Part shown: in pieces, positions 44,769 to 54,543 of the stretch
Layout: each line of letters opens with the position of its first letter
Position numbering within the stretch: the stretch's first letter is position 1
Virus record (IMG/VR): IMGVR_UViG_3300046011_002684
Span: 26,208-90,207 of that record
Direction: 5' to 3' (one strand)
DNA: 64,000 nt
Source: a virus
The notes under the pieces: generated by a model
Database searches by the model: none
What the model saw: the letters and a program-made list of their open reading frames with translations, nothing else
What the model was told of the DNA's origin: nothing
Made by a program: the position numbers and the translations under genes

Positions 44769-46089
44769 TTGTATACTCCATTGATCTGAATAGTCGATCC
44801 ATCGCAATCCTATGTTCCATTGGATTAGTACGAATAGCACTTGTTTTCAATGGATGTTTGTCACGATTTAGGATTTCTGGTGGCACGATATCGGCAAATG
44901 TTTGCTTCAGTACTTTCTTTTCGCCATTACGTTCTACGTATGGTGTATTCATTGCATGCTTACAGATCGATGGTGCAAGGAACGGGCAACGAGTCTCGAT
45001 CGTGTATCGCATCATAGTACGATCGATCTTAGGCATATGGTAGTATGGTAGTTCGCAGAACATATCTGACATTTGGCTATCATACTCTTTGGCACGGCGA
45101 TATCCACCAAACAGTTCATCAGCACCGTCACCAGTCATAACTGCATAAAAGCCAAGCTCACGTAGCTTCTTAGCCATAGCAATCTGTGGCTTAACCGAAC
45201 CTAGATCGACAGGCGACTGGTGTACGATCAATGCTTCATAGTCAGACACATCATTAAGCCGAACGTGGTGCATGGTGTCACCAAGATGCAATGCGAGGTT
45301 AGCAAAGCCTTTCTCGGCATTGTCGACGTGAACAGCAGTGACTTCACGACCAAGTTGCTTGATCAGACCATAGATGATAGTGCTATCTAGACCGCCAGAG
45401 AGCAGCACAGCTACTTCACGTTGACCACCAAGACGAAGCTCAGTAGCTTTCAACAGATCAGTGCGCAAGTCAGTGCACGAGACTTTGTTCCAATCCCAGT
45501 ACTCGTACACTGCTCCACGATAGTAGTAGTGACCAGGTGGGATCTGTTTAATCTCATTCCATGGAGTACGTGCATCAGGAGAATATCCCCATTTCATAGT
45601 GTTCGACATAAACACTTCGTCACGAGTAGTATGGCCAAGAGGAATTAGGATATCAATCTCAGATGCCAAAGCTTCCATATCAGTACGGTAATAGATTGGC
45701 TTCTGGCTCAGATAGTCAGTAGCTGCAATGATGTTTGCACCGTATGTGGTAACGAATGACCAGAAGCCGTCGAACTGGTGGAATGCATTAAAGAGTTTAT
45801 CATCTTTCCAAAACTCTTCGATAGCACATTCGATGTCAGTCTCGTAGCCGAGTTCTTTATAATTGAAAATCTCACCAACGAAGAGTGCAGGCGGATTACT
45901 ATTGATTGGCTGGATACAGACTGCTGGATCCAGATTAACAAACGGTAGACTGTAGTGGGCAAACTGCATTTCATCTTTGTGACCGAAACGCAGATAACCT
46001 TTGTAGCCAGGTAGGCCACGATAGCTCATATGTTCAATGAGTTGGCTAAGATCTTGTGGCAGATCCTTACCAGCAATAAATCCACACAT
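44761..46089 (-). CDS. Asparagine synthase (glutamine-hydrolysing)-like amidotransferase
   Basis: N-terminal MCG Ntn nucleophile, GEIFNY, KPIYY, LSGGLDS PP-loop, TGDGADELFGGY, ETRCPFL. Confidence 0.9.
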   Translation of the reverse strand: MCGFIAGKDLPQDLSQLIEHMSYRGLPGYKGYLRFGHKDEMQFAHYSLPFVNLDPAVCIQPINSNPPALFVGEIFNYKELGYETDIECAIEEFWKDDKLFNAFHQFDGFWSFVTTYGANIIAATDYLSQKPIYYRTDMEALASEIDILIPLGHTTRDEVFMSNTMKWGYSPDARTPWNEIKQIPPGHYYYRGAVYEYWDWNKVSCTDLRTDLLKATELRLGGQREVAVLLSGGLDSTIIYGLIKQLGREVTAVHVDNAEKGFANLALHLGDTMHHVRLNDVSDYEALIVHQSPVDLGSVKPQIAMAKKLRELGFYAVMTGDGADELFGGYRRAKEYDSQMSDMFCELPYYHMPKIDRTMMRYTIETRCPFLAPSICKHAMNTPYVERNGEKKVLKQTFADIVPPEILNRDKHPLKTSAIRTNPMEHRIAMDRLFRSMEYTIV

Positions 46090-46090
46090 A

Positions 46091-46831
46091 TTATACTCCT
46101 ATTAGTTTGCCGAGGGCAAATCGATCATTCTCGAAGCAGTGTAAGCTAGTACTCGAGAAATGTAAATAGCCAACTTGCGCATCAATGCCACTTTGGTCAA
46201 TCATCCATTGTGTAAGACGATTGGCAAAGTATAGATCATTATGTAGGTGTCGCACGACGTCGCACGAGCGCATGTGATACGAACAGTGTAGTTGTCCACC
46301 ACGTTCCATAAAGTGCCAACCGAACGAGCACGGTACACGTTCGCCTTGGTTAGCTGCTACGATATCTTCAGGAAACCACATAGGAACATAGCACTGACGC
46401 GTGGTGCTATCTTTTCTCAGTAGCTCTACAGCATCACCAAGGTTACCAGTCTTGAACCGAATGCCATCCATACTCGGTGCCCACATACGTTCTGGATACG
46501 AATGCGAGAATGCTTCTTGGTTCTTAGACAGATACTTCTCTGTATCTTTGAGCCACATAGTATGAGAAGGCGGTGGATTCAGAGGAATCCCGCCTGTACG
46601 TTCGTCGAAGTGTATGTCTGCCCATGGTTGTGATGCACCGAGCTCATATGATGCATGATTACTATCAGCATACATCGGTGCTACTAGATCCGCGTGAAGA
46701 ATCTCCAGGAAGATAGGCGGAGAGGTCGTACCCTGCCAACTTCCGGTTTGTATCTGATAACCTTGATGATACAATAACCTGCGAAGGTTCTTCAGACCCT
46801 CTGCTAGTGTTCGACCTGATACTCTGTTCAT
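46091..46831 (-). CDS. Thymidylate synthase homolog, dCMP hydroxymethylase-like (cytosine-specific)
   Basis: TRQ, catalytic PC, MRSCDVVRHLHND (Asp at the TS Asn177 position, as in T4 gp42 RSNDVVFGFRND), SLHCF. Confidence 0.75.
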   Translation of the reverse strand: MNRVSGRTLAEGLKNLRRLLYHQGYQIQTGSWQGTTSPPIFLEILHADLVAPMYADSNHASYELGASQPWADIHFDERTGGIPLNPPPSHTMWLKDTEKYLSKNQEAFSHSYPERMWAPSMDGIRFKTGNLGDAVELLRKDSTTRQCYVPMWFPEDIVAANQGERVPCSFGWHFMERGGQLHCSYHMRSCDVVRHLHNDLYFANRLTQWMIDQSGIDAQVGYLHFSSTSLHCFENDRFALGKLIGV

Positions 46832-47231
46832 TACTAACCCTTTCTCTCAATCCAGATGAAGAGAACCTATGGTTCCTCTTATTATAATAAATGTCAATGC
46901 CAAGCTGTCTACATTCTTCTTTACCAGTAAAGTCTTTGAACCTATACTCTTCGCCAATAATACGAATGTTGATTGGATACATCTGTAGAATATCTATTAG
47001 ATCTGCCTCAGTATGATACGGCACAATCTCATCCACATAGCTGACAGCTGCCAACTGGGAGTAACGTTCTACAATTGTTTGCACTGGCTTATTCTTTTCT
47101 ATTCTATCAACAGATGGGTCGATCTGTAAACCACAAATTAGATAGTCGCACACACTTTTTGCTTCGCGGAGCATAGCAATATGCCCCGCGTGCAAAAGGT
47201 CGAAGGTGGAAGCAGTAAATCCTATTTTCAT
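46665..47231 (-). CDS. Glycerol-3-phosphate cytidylyltransferase (TagD)-like protein
   Basis: STFDLLHAGH, LICGL, K.KPVQ...ER, YVDE, FSSS.LRERV; tail overlaps the next gene by 167 nt. Confidence 0.85.
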   Translation of the reverse strand: MKIGFTASTFDLLHAGHIAMLREAKSVCDYLICGLQIDPSVDRIEKNKPVQTIVERYSQLAAVSYVDEIVPYHTEADLIDILQMYPINIRIIGEEYRFKDFTGKEECRQLGIDIYYNKRNHRFSSSGLRERVSNEQSIRSNTSRGSEEPSQVIVSSRLSDTNRKLAGYDLSAYLPGDSSRGSSSTDVC

Positions 47232-47488
47232 TAAATGCTATCGTATTTCTTTTTCCATGCGCTGCCACTGGTACGAAGTCCTTCGGAAGCAAGCAGTTGT
47301 TGATACATAATCCGAACCACCTCATTGCGGTTCGGAGCGTTCTGGATATCACGGATGGTCTGTGCCTTCGCAGTCTTCTGACCCATAGTGCGAACCTCAC
47401 GCTTACTTACCATTTCAACAGAAGCAGCCTTTGCTTCTTCGAAAGGGAGAGTCTCGAGCGATTTAACAAAAGCTTGATATTCCATCAT
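47231..47488 (-). CDS. Early hypothetical protein
   Basis: Coupled within the early operon; GAGG SD. Confidence 0.65.
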   Translation of the reverse strand: MMEYQAFVKSLETLPFEEAKAASVEMVSKREVRTMGQKTAKAQTIRDIQNAPNRNEVVRIMYQQLLASEGLRTSGSAWKKKYDSI

Positions 47489-47640
47489 TTGAACATTTCC
47501 TCTTTTAGTTCGACGAAGTATTGTGCGCCGAAGGCGACCCCCGAAGCATCAAAAAGATCTTCGAGGATCATTTTAACGGTCGCCCAAGTACCGAAGGAAT
47601 GGGTTTCAACGATCTGCTGAATCATCTTCTCTTTGGTCAT
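47485..47640 (-). CDS. Small early protein, 51 aa (not in ORF track)
   Basis: GGGAG SD after an early promoter; MTKEKMIQQIVETH... Confidence 0.6.
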   Translation of the reverse strand: MTKEKMIQQIVETHSFGTWATVKMILEDLFDASGVAFGAQYFVELKEEMFK

Positions 47641-47664
47641 CTTGTATCTCCCTTTGATAGGAGT

Positions 47665-47704
47665 AATATAAGACTTTACTTTTGAAATGTAAACCCCCTA
47701 TTTT
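47665..47704 (-). promoter_or_regulatory. Early sigma70-like promoter driving the TagD/TS/AsnB operon
   Basis: AAAATAGGGGG-TTTACA-N17-TATATT. Confidence 0.8.
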
Positions 47705-47713
47705 GGAAATATT

Positions 47714-48469
47714 TTATATTCCTAGGAGTTTCCAGAATGCATGATGAGAAGCTTTAGGGTGGCCCTTAAAAAGATTTTTCATAATTAATCGGATCTTTTC
47801 TTTAGGAACATAGTAGAAATCGCTACGGCGTTTGTAGGTTAACACATAATCCATAGGATTAAAGATTTTTTCTAGCGGATCTATTTCGTTATGCCATTCT
47901 GCTACTACAACTGGACGCCACGTCTTTATAGTTTCCAATCCACCAGAAAGAACATATGGCTCCCAACCTTCTACGTCAATCTTGATCAAATCAACATCTT
48001 GAAAATTATACGAGTCTAAAGTGTTTACTTCTAAAGTCTTAAATTCAAATTTAGTGTTAGACTTTATCAGATGATGGCCATTCTCTACTTCCTCTTCCTT
48101 CATAAATCGGGAAGTACCACATCTATCATATTTCATTTTATAAAAAAGAGAAGAGGGTTTATCCGATAGTCCGGTATTGTAGGATGTCACATTTGTTATA
48201 TTGTATTCTTCTAGGTTTTTATTCAAACAATTGTAAAATGGGGTACAAGGTTCGAAGGTATGAAGTTCTTTAAAATACGGAGAAAGACCTATAGCCATTT
48301 GACCCACGTTGCCTCCGATATCAATGCAGGTTCTCCTATTAGCCTTGTCTGGAAGAAAGTATTCTACCGTAAACTCTGCCATATGGTTTTGCCATTCAGC
48401 AGGGGACCAATTGCTTAGCCCATTATCATTTTCGGTGTCGATTACCCACCATCCATTTAATTTTTTCAT
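47714..48469 (-). CDS. FkbM family methyltransferase
   Basis: IDIGGNVG, FEP, TLDS, DLIKIDVEG.E..VL.G. Confidence 0.88.
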   Translation of the reverse strand: MKKLNGWWVIDTENDNGLSNWSPAEWQNHMAEFTVEYFLPDKANRRTCIDIGGNVGQMAIGLSPYFKELHTFEPCTPFYNCLNKNLEEYNITNVTSYNTGLSDKPSSLFYKMKYDRCGTSRFMKEEEVENGHHLIKSNTKFEFKTLEVNTLDSYNFQDVDLIKIDVEGWEPYVLSGGLETIKTWRPVVVAEWHNEIDPLEKIFNPMDYVLTYKRRSDFYYVPKEKIRLIMKNLFKGHPKASHHAFWKLLGI

Positions 48470-49401
48470 TATACGTTCCTATATGCGTATTCTAGAGCTC
48501 TATCAGCTTCTACATTTAATGGTCTATTCTCGTACCAATTACCGTTTTCATTATCGAATTGTTTGCAAAGTTCTGCGATTTGCGAAGAGGTGATTGGATA
48601 TTCCTTCTCGATCGCGCGTGCGGCGATCGCGACCATCATCTGATACATCTTGTGATACCAACCTGTATTGGTAATGGTAACATATTCTAAAGCAAGTTTC
48701 TTAGGCCAGAACGGACAATCGTGATAGCTATTCCAATAGATGCCAGTGTTCTGCATCATAGATTTGCGGTGGTTTACTACTTGATCTGCTAGCTCAGGAG
48801 GTAGTCGATCGAGAAAGCTATTGCCACTCTTAGCCCTATCTACGTAGGGGTATTTAGCAAGTAGATCAGATACGCAGAGTGGGACATTGCCGCCACTAAA
48901 AATAAAATTAAAAGCATCACTATACGTCGCAGGGATGTAATACATTCTGCTGAGGTCTTTACATTGTTTATCTCCTGCGTCGTTAAGATGCGATTGGAGG
49001 GCGAACCAGAAATGTTTAATATCTGATGTTTGTATATGCCGATCAAGCTCGAAGACAAGCCTAAACTTTGGTTTATCAGGACGCGAGCTTGCAGTAGAAT
49101 AACACACATACCGCCAGCCAGCAGTCCGTGAATTAACATAATCATTTAAATCTCCATTAATCTCGACGTCATCAACATCAACAGCACACCAACCTCCCCA
49201 AGCAAGTACATTTTTGTTTGAGCGTGTGGTTCCAGTTTCGTATACAGCTGGAGAAATAAGTTCTGCATCTTTCTTACCTTTCTTTGGTTGTTTAGCCAAA
49301 CCATAAAGTAATTTCTCTAGCTGGTCAAAGCTAGAGAAATCCATTCTACGGTGTGTCTTATTATCAAACTGGCTCTTAAAGAGCGTTAGGGAGATAGTCA
49401 C
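48469..49401 (-). CDS. Putative DNA primase, archaeo-eukaryotic (AEP/PrimPol) type
   Basis: AVDVD (DxD), YSTAS...PKFRLV, D..CKD.SR.YY.P; helical C-terminal domain; position among replication genes. Confidence 0.6.
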   Translation of the reverse strand: MTISLTLFKSQFDNKTHRRMDFSSFDQLEKLLYGLAKQPKKGKKDAELISPAVYETGTTRSNKNVLAWGGWCAVDVDDVEINGDLNDYVNSRTAGWRYVCYSTASSRPDKPKFRLVFELDRHIQTSDIKHFWFALQSHLNDAGDKQCKDLSRMYYIPATYSDAFNFIFSGGNVPLCVSDLLAKYPYVDRAKSGNSFLDRLPPELADQVVNHRKSMMQNTGIYWNSYHDCPFWPKKLALEYVTITNTGWYHKMYQMMVAIAARAIEKEYPITSSQIAELCKQFDNENGNWYENRPLNVEADRALEYAYRNV

Positions 49402-50045
49402 TTTATACCACCATCATATGAACCGAAAGCCCAATATCTTTCCTTACACCACCAACATTTTTTACAAGGTGACTTAGAACTAATAATGCAACTATTTGTT
49501 AGCGTAGAAAGTTCTTCGATGCCAAATTTCTTATATTGTGCAGCAATGAATTTTTTATCTACAATAGACCATGGAAATTCATATGGATGTTTTGTATAAA
49601 GTTCTTTTATACGATTATCGTCATTCCATATATCGGTTTCTCTAGCGCTTGGCCCACCTAGACTAATACCATCTAACACCGCTTTACAGTGATATCTTTC
49701 ATTAAGATATTTTCTTGAAACACGAGTCATTTCAATCTTTGTACCATCTGGACTAATATAAGGAACCACAGTTAAAGGTTGGATCAGGTCATAACCTGTT
49801 TGATCCGTAATCCATCGGATTATGTTTTCTACTGTTTCATACGGTTTAATACTAGGTTTAGATACATCATATCCTGTTACTGGATAAATGTATACCCCAT
49901 CTTTTCTATTCTGAGCCATTTTAACAAGTAGATAAAGAATAAGGGCAGAATCAATCCCACCAGATAGTTGTACCCCGATAGATTTAAAAGATCGGGGGAA
50001 CTTTTCGAAGAAATCTAATATAATATTCTCGTGCTCTAGCAGCAT
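49398..50045 (-). CDS. PP-loop protein, QueC-like
   Basis: LSGGIDSA; T.SC......PCKKCWWCKER Zn motif; start revised to MLLEHEN. Confidence 0.6.
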   Translation of the reverse strand: MLLEHENIILDFFEKFPRSFKSIGVQLSGGIDSALILYLLVKMAQNRKDGVYIYPVTGYDVSKPSIKPYETVENIIRWITDQTGYDLIQPLTVVPYISPDGTKIEMTRVSRKYLNERYHCKAVLDGISLGGPSARETDIWNDDNRIKELYTKHPYEFPWSIVDKKFIAAQYKKFGIEELSTLTNSCIISSKSPCKKCWWCKERYWAFGSYDGGIK

Positions 50046-50470
50046 TAGAAAGCCGAATTTAGATTGCCATGATTTCCATAATGGGATGGGGGTTGCCAAT
50101 CAGAGGGTTTAATCAGATCCGGCAATCCAAACGGATTCGGTCTACCAGGCTTTACACCAGGTTCCTTTTGCATATTGGCCCAGTGGACACGGTTCCAAGC
50201 ATCACTAGCATTCACACCAAATACATCCAGTGTACCAATAGCAAAGACACATAGGTCAATCAGACCGTCTACAATCTCTTCTGGGGCCTTTGCCGCATAT
50301 GCTGCCACAGTCTCATCCAGCTCTTCTTTACACATCGACAGACGAAACTCTAGGTATTTGTCCATGAGTTCTTTGTTATGTTTGTTCTTCTCAAACCATT
50401 CATGCACACCAAACTTATCGTGCATGTCATGGATATCATTTGCCCAGTTATAACTCATATCATTCTCCAT
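50045..50470 (-). CDS. MazG-like/all-alpha NTP pyrophosphohydrolase
   Basis: EELDE...EIVDGLID...VH.ANM.K...KP..W..P. Confidence 0.8.
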   Translation of the reverse strand: MENDMSYNWANDIHDMHDKFGVHEWFEKNKHNKELMDKYLEFRLSMCKEELDETVAAYAAKAPEEIVDGLIDLCVFAIGTLDVFGVNASDAWNRVHWANMQKEPGVKPGRPNPFGLPDLIKPSDWQPPSHYGNHGNLNSAF

Positions 50471-50483
50471 TCTTTATATTCAT

Positions 50484-50512
50484 ATTATACATCATTTGAT
50501 ATTGTTCGTAAA
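50484..50512 (-). promoter_or_regulatory. Early/middle sigma70-like promoter
   Basis: TTTACG-N17-TATAAT. Confidence 0.6.
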
Positions 50513-50515
50513 CAC

Positions 50516-50740
50516 TTATGTATTACTATATTCTACAACCCTCACAAAGGAATCGGTCCGGTCACCGTCTTTCCTCCATATCTCCGAAGCTTCCTCAGCT
50601 TCCCAGAAATTATTAAATAGCACCGGATATATCATACCAAATCCTATATAATCTCTTTCCGTCTTAGTCGACAATTGATCTTCAGTGACGTAAACCCAAT
50701 CATCCCCCATCTTAACCTTTATGGCATAACTTTTACTCAT
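50516..50740 (-). CDS. Hypothetical protein
   Basis: ATGA overlap with the gp43 stop. Confidence 0.6.
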   Translation of the reverse strand: MSKSYAIKVKMGDDWVYVTEDQLSTKTERDYIGFGMIYPVLFNNFWEAEEASEIWRKDGDRTDSFVRVVEYSNT

Positions 50741-53256
50741 CCAAATATATCCTCCAATGTAATACGTTCTTCAGAGTTCCAACCAATTGCTTGCAAGATA
50801 GGCTCAAGTGGCTCGAGGAACGTCTTTTCGAATTGCTTATCGTAGTCGATATATTTATGGAGATTTAACTCGGGTGGCAAATAGTCCGGATAGGCAATTA
50901 CATTCTCTTTAATAGGATTCGGCATTTTTAGATAGGCGAACTTAATCTTTTCACCTTCCTTAATGGTCTCGTACTTGTTCTCAAGACCTTTCTCTTTCAG
51001 GTAGTGGTTGTAGAGCAAAGCAGCCCGGACGTGGATCGGGCAGCCTTTTGAATAGATGTCACGCTTATCCGCCCACTTGTTAATCTCGGTAACGCCGCGG
51101 GGGAAGGAAGCATTCTCCGGATGCAGATTACGGAACTCTGATTTAAAGTTCTGGATAAAGCGCTGCGTACCTTTCTCGTCGCCCGCGATCATAAGCTTAA
51201 ACACTTTCTTAAACTTATCCCGCACGATCTCAGGTGTAGAAGACTTAATCGCTTCAATGCCCATGATCTTCATCTTCGGTTCAGCGTACTGGACACCTTC
51301 GGAGTTATGCACGTTCAGGATGTACCGCTTCTTTGCTTGCCAGATGCCACGGTCAGCAATTACCTCCCGCTCCATAACCATGCGGGGCTGGAAGCATTTC
51401 ATATGTTTGAACAGTTCCTCCATTGAACCTTCAAACATCTTATTAAAGTGGTTGTCGCACACTTCGGATAGGAACGCCACCGGGTCTTTTGGTTTAAACT
51501 TTTCGATGAACTGAGAGAAATCTACGTACACAGAGTCCGTGTCAATAGCGATTACGTAGTCTTTATCCGTGCCAAGAATCTTATTCAGTTCGGCGTTCAC
51601 CGCACGTTCACACCACTTAATAACAAACTGTCCAGTCAGAGTAATACCTTCGGCGATGCGCAGATCAAAGTAACGGTAGTACTGGTTACCCAATGCACCA
51701 AAGAGGCTGTTGAGTAGAATTTTAATCGCCATCTGGCGATTGTTCAGCTGGTTAATCTCACGTTCAATCTCTGGTGTAGGAGTCTTCTGATATGCGGATT
51801 GTGCCGCAAGCATCTTTTTCTTAGTAGCTTTACGATCAGCATAGTAATCCACAATGATCTTAGGCATAACGCCTTCTACATCTTTACGATACACAGAACC
51901 ATTTGCCGCGACTGCGATGTCACGTGCAGCTTGTGCTGGATGCATGACAGGACCAGACCGGAGATAATAATCCACACCACCCATAAGCATATCCGACGGA
52001 TCTTTTAGTAGAGTCTCGGGAGACATGTTCCACTGGGCAATGATGTTTGGATACAGGGAGTTAAGGTCAAAGCTAACCACCCACTTATACATGGCAGGGA
52101 TTACTTCTTTCACGTACCCGCCCGCGAACTTTACATCGATCTTTTCCGCACGCTTTCTATGTGGCACTGCAATCTTTTTTGTATTCAGCTCGCGATAGAC
52201 GATTGAATCCCAGATAGCGGTAGTACCAAATGCATCTGAATAGTTTACGCCGGCACGATATGCAATCGTAAGACAGAGTGTAATCAGTTCCATCTTTTGG
52301 TCAATACGTTCTACTAGTTCGACGTCTTTAATGTTATAGTCGATATACAGCTGATGGTTTTCGTTATACAGATTGCGAAGGTTACCGTATTCTTCATATG
52401 ACAACTTACGTTCACCCAGCACCACATACGCAATGTGGTCTAGCTTATAGGATTCCTGTGCACCATAGCTATAGCCAAACTTCTGGAACAAGTCATAGTA
52501 GTCCATCTGGGCAATGCCGACGATGTCATACATGTCCATGTTTTTATTCTTAAACTGGACTGACTTCTTCTCGATCATACCCCAAGGGGAAAGCGACTTA
52601 GCGGCTTTCTCGTCACCAAGGCGGGCAATGCGGTTAATGATATAGGGCATATCAAAGAATCGCATGTTCCATCCCGTGACAGCGTCAGGATAGTCATTCT
52701 TCCAGAACGTAAGGAATTTAACTAGCAGTTCAATCTCTGATTCGCACTTATGGTACTGGATCAGAATGTCTTTATGACTTGATTTGCTAATATCCCAGTC
52801 TTTTAATCCCCAGACATGATAGACGCTGCTACGGCTAGTCTTAAGCGTAATTGCAGTGATTGGGTGTGCTGCTTCTTCTGGTGTGGGAAAGCCAGCGTCG
52901 GAATAAACTTCGATGTCGATGTTTGCCACATTCAGGAACGACCGGTCGAACTTAATGTCACCAGGGAACTTGCTAGTAATGAACTGGTGGATATAGTTCG
53001 TATTACCCCAGAACTTAAAGCCGATCACGTCTTCGTACTGTTGCATGAAGTCACGGGCATCACCCATGCTATCGAATTGCATCGGTGCTACGGATTGACC
53101 TTCCATGGTAGTCCACTCAGACTCTTTGCCACTGTTGTTGGGGACAAAAAGAGTAGGACAGAACTTATATTTTTGTGTGATCGGTGTACCGTTATCGGTG
53201 TATCCACGATAAAGGATTTGGTTGCCAAAGCGAGCGACATTGGTGTAAAAAGACAT
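50737..53256 (-). CDS. 43: Family B DNA polymerase (T4 gp43)
   Basis: DIEV exo [38 protein letters not shown]; C-terminal clamp-binding TLEDIF. Confidence 0.98.
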   Translation of the reverse strand: MSFYTNVARFGNQILYRGYTDNGTPITQKYKFCPTLFVPNNSGKESEWTTMEGQSVAPMQFDSMGDARDFMQQYEDVIGFKFWGNTNYIHQFITSKFPGDIKFDRSFLNVANIDIEVYSDAGFPTPEEAAHPITAITLKTSRSSVYHVWGLKDWDISKSSHKDILIQYHKCESEIELLVKFLTFWKNDYPDAVTGWNMRFFDMPYIINRIARLGDEKAAKSLSPWGMIEKKSVQFKNKNMDMYDIVGIAQMDYYDLFQKFGYSYGAQESYKLDHIAYVVLGERKLSYEEYGNLRNLYNENHQLYIDYNIKDVELVERIDQKMELITLCLTIAYRAGVNYSDAFGTTAIWDSIVYRELNTKKIAVPHRKRAEKIDVKFAGGYVKEVIPAMYKWVVSFDLNSLYPNIIAQWNMSPETLLKDPSDMLMGGVDYYLRSGPVMHPAQAARDIAVAANGSVYRKDVEGVMPKIIVDYYADRKATKKKMLAAQSAYQKTPTPEIEREINQLNNRQMAIKILLNSLFGALGNQYYRYFDLRIAEGITLTGQFVIKWCERAVNAELNKILGTDKDYVIAIDTDSVYVDFSQFIEKFKPKDPVAFLSEVCDNHFNKMFEGSMEELFKHMKCFQPRMVMEREVIADRGIWQAKKRYILNVHNSEGVQYAEPKMKIMGIEAIKSSTPEIVRDKFKKVFKLMIAGDEKGTQRFIQNFKSEFRNLHPENASFPRGVTEINKWADKRDIYSKGCPIHVRAALLYNHYLKEKGLENKYETIKEGEKIKFAYLKMPNPIKENVIAYPDYLPPELNLHKYIDYDKQFEKTFLEPLEPILQAIGWNSEERITLEDIFG

Positions 53257-53277
53257 AGTACCTCCATGATTGCGTTT

Positions 53278-53311
53278 ATTCTATCACAGGTTGGAACTAC
53301 CGTATACCCCC
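53278..53311 (-). promoter_or_regulatory. Promoter for gp43 (variant)
   Basis: GGGGG-TATACG-N17-TAGAAT; GGAGG SD follows. Confidence 0.55.
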
Positions 53312-53884
53312 TATGACAGCTACTAAATGCAATCTGGTTTCTCTACTAGAATTAAATGCCGTATGGTGTTTTGTAGTATCTGCCATCCACCATTTATCTA
53401 ACTCGAGGTGTTTTACCTCGTCTTCTATTACCATGAAACACCCTTCTTGGGTTTTTATCGGATAATGTAATCTAGGCATGCCTTCATCCACATGCCAAGT
53501 TAGACAAGTTTTAGGTTCCGATTTAAATATCCTAACCCTACCTAAAATATATCTTTCATTTAAAGTATTATAGATTTCTTCAAAAACGGTGCCTTTAAAA
53601 ATATTACAAAGAATTGTAAAGTCTTTTTCGTGTAATCTTATTTTTTTATTTGGCACTTCTATCTTAACAATACCGTCTTCTTTTATTATCTTTTTATTAG
53701 ACCAGTCTTTTAAAAGACTACCAGTGGCAAGGGTATAATCATGCTCAAATCCAGGAATAGTAGTTAATCCTATTTGTCCATGGCGGTCTAAACACTTAAT
53801 CATTTCAGGAGTTAAGCATTTTAAAAGATTAGGAAATTTAGGAAGATCTGTTATTTCTTCAAAGTGGCTCACTTTTATCTCCAT
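53297..53884 (-). CDS. Aspartyl/asparaginyl beta-hydroxylase-like 2OG oxygenase
   Basis: GRVRI, LTWHVD, RLHYPI.T, HTAFN...R.HLV. Confidence 0.7.
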   Translation of the reverse strand: MEIKVSHFEEITDLPKFPNLLKCLTPEMIKCLDRHGQIGLTTIPGFEHDYTLATGSLLKDWSNKKIIKEDGIVKIEVPNKKIRLHEKDFTILCNIFKGTVFEEIYNTLNERYILGRVRIFKSEPKTCLTWHVDEGMPRLHYPIKTQEGCFMVIEDEVKHLELDKWWMADTTKHHTAFNSSRETRLHLVAVIGGIR

Positions 53885-54098
53885 GATATTTTCGCATAAT
53901 ATTATGATTCTCTACAATGTCCATTAGATTCGATTGTGCTTCCATTGCAGTTAAAAACTCACTTCCATCTTCAACATGATTAATTATGTTCCAGAACATC
54001 TCTTTGTCGATATTTCGAGCCATACAGTAATCCACAACCGCGGCCATTATATAATCAAACTCTGTTAGACCGAGGTGATTTGTTTCTTCTTTATCCAT
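53859..54098 (-). CDS. Hypothetical protein
   Basis: GGAGG SD. Confidence 0.6.
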   Translation of the reverse strand: MDKEETNHLGLTEFDYIMAAVVDYCMARNIDKEMFWNIINHVEDGSEFLTAMEAQSNLMDIVENHNIMRKYHGDKSEPL

Positions 54099-54153
54099 AG
54101 AAAAATACCTCCATGCTGTGCACAGAGGTATTTATTGGTTTTAATTTACGATT

Positions 54154-54207
54154 TTACTTCTTTTTACCGTTTATAAAATCTAATTCTTCGTCGGTATATG
54201 GCCACAT
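54154..54207 (-). CDS. Putative micro-ORF MWPYTDEELDFINGKKK
   Basis: TAATG overlap with the upstream micro-ORF. Confidence 0.4.
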   Translation of the reverse strand: MWPYTDEELDFINGKKK

Positions 54208-54269
54208 TACTTGCCGCCTTTCTTCTTCTCTGCAAGGAGTCGAAGATATGTGTGATCAGGATCTAGCAT
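54207..54269 (-). CDS. Putative micro-ORF MLDPDHTYLRLLAEKKKGGK
   Basis: AAGGA SD within the end of the upstream gene. Confidence 0.4.
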   Translation of the reverse strand: MLDPDHTYLRLLAEKKKGGK

Positions 54270-54273
54270 ATAC

Positions 54274-54492
54274 TTAATCCTTTTTTGAAACGAAAGAATA
54301 CATTTCCTGAGCCTTCTTCATAAGGTCCTCAGTTGAATACATTTTTGCAGCCGCTTGATAGTCCTCGAAGGTCTTTCTACCTTCGTCCATAGCCTTTTGC
54401 ATGAAAGCAAGGTTCATCTTATAGCTCTGATCCATATAATCCTTGGCAAGTTGAAGGATTTCGGCACGGATTTCGAATGGGTTCTTATTCAT
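54274..54492 (-). CDS. Conserved hypothetical protein
   Basis: MNKNPFEIR.EIL.LAKDY...KA.E.Y.FV; AGGAG SD. Confidence 0.7.
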   Translation of the reverse strand: MNKNPFEIRAEILQLAKDYMDQSYKMNLAFMQKAMDEGRKTFEDYQAAAKMYSTEDLMKKAQEMYSFVSKKD

Positions 54493-54543
54493 AGTAGTTC
54501 TCCTGTGTTGTGTTGCGGGGAGCACCATACTCCCCGCTGTGTG

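Noticed and set aside
49398-50045. 7-deazaguanine DNA modification pathway from the QueC-like gene
   Set aside because: No folE, queD, queE or dpdA homolog recognisable in the window; only the PP-loop and Cys motif match
12276-53256. Inteins or introns in nrdA, nrdB, gp41, uvsX, gp43
   Set aside because: All are continuous and of ordinary length, with no intein-like insertion seen
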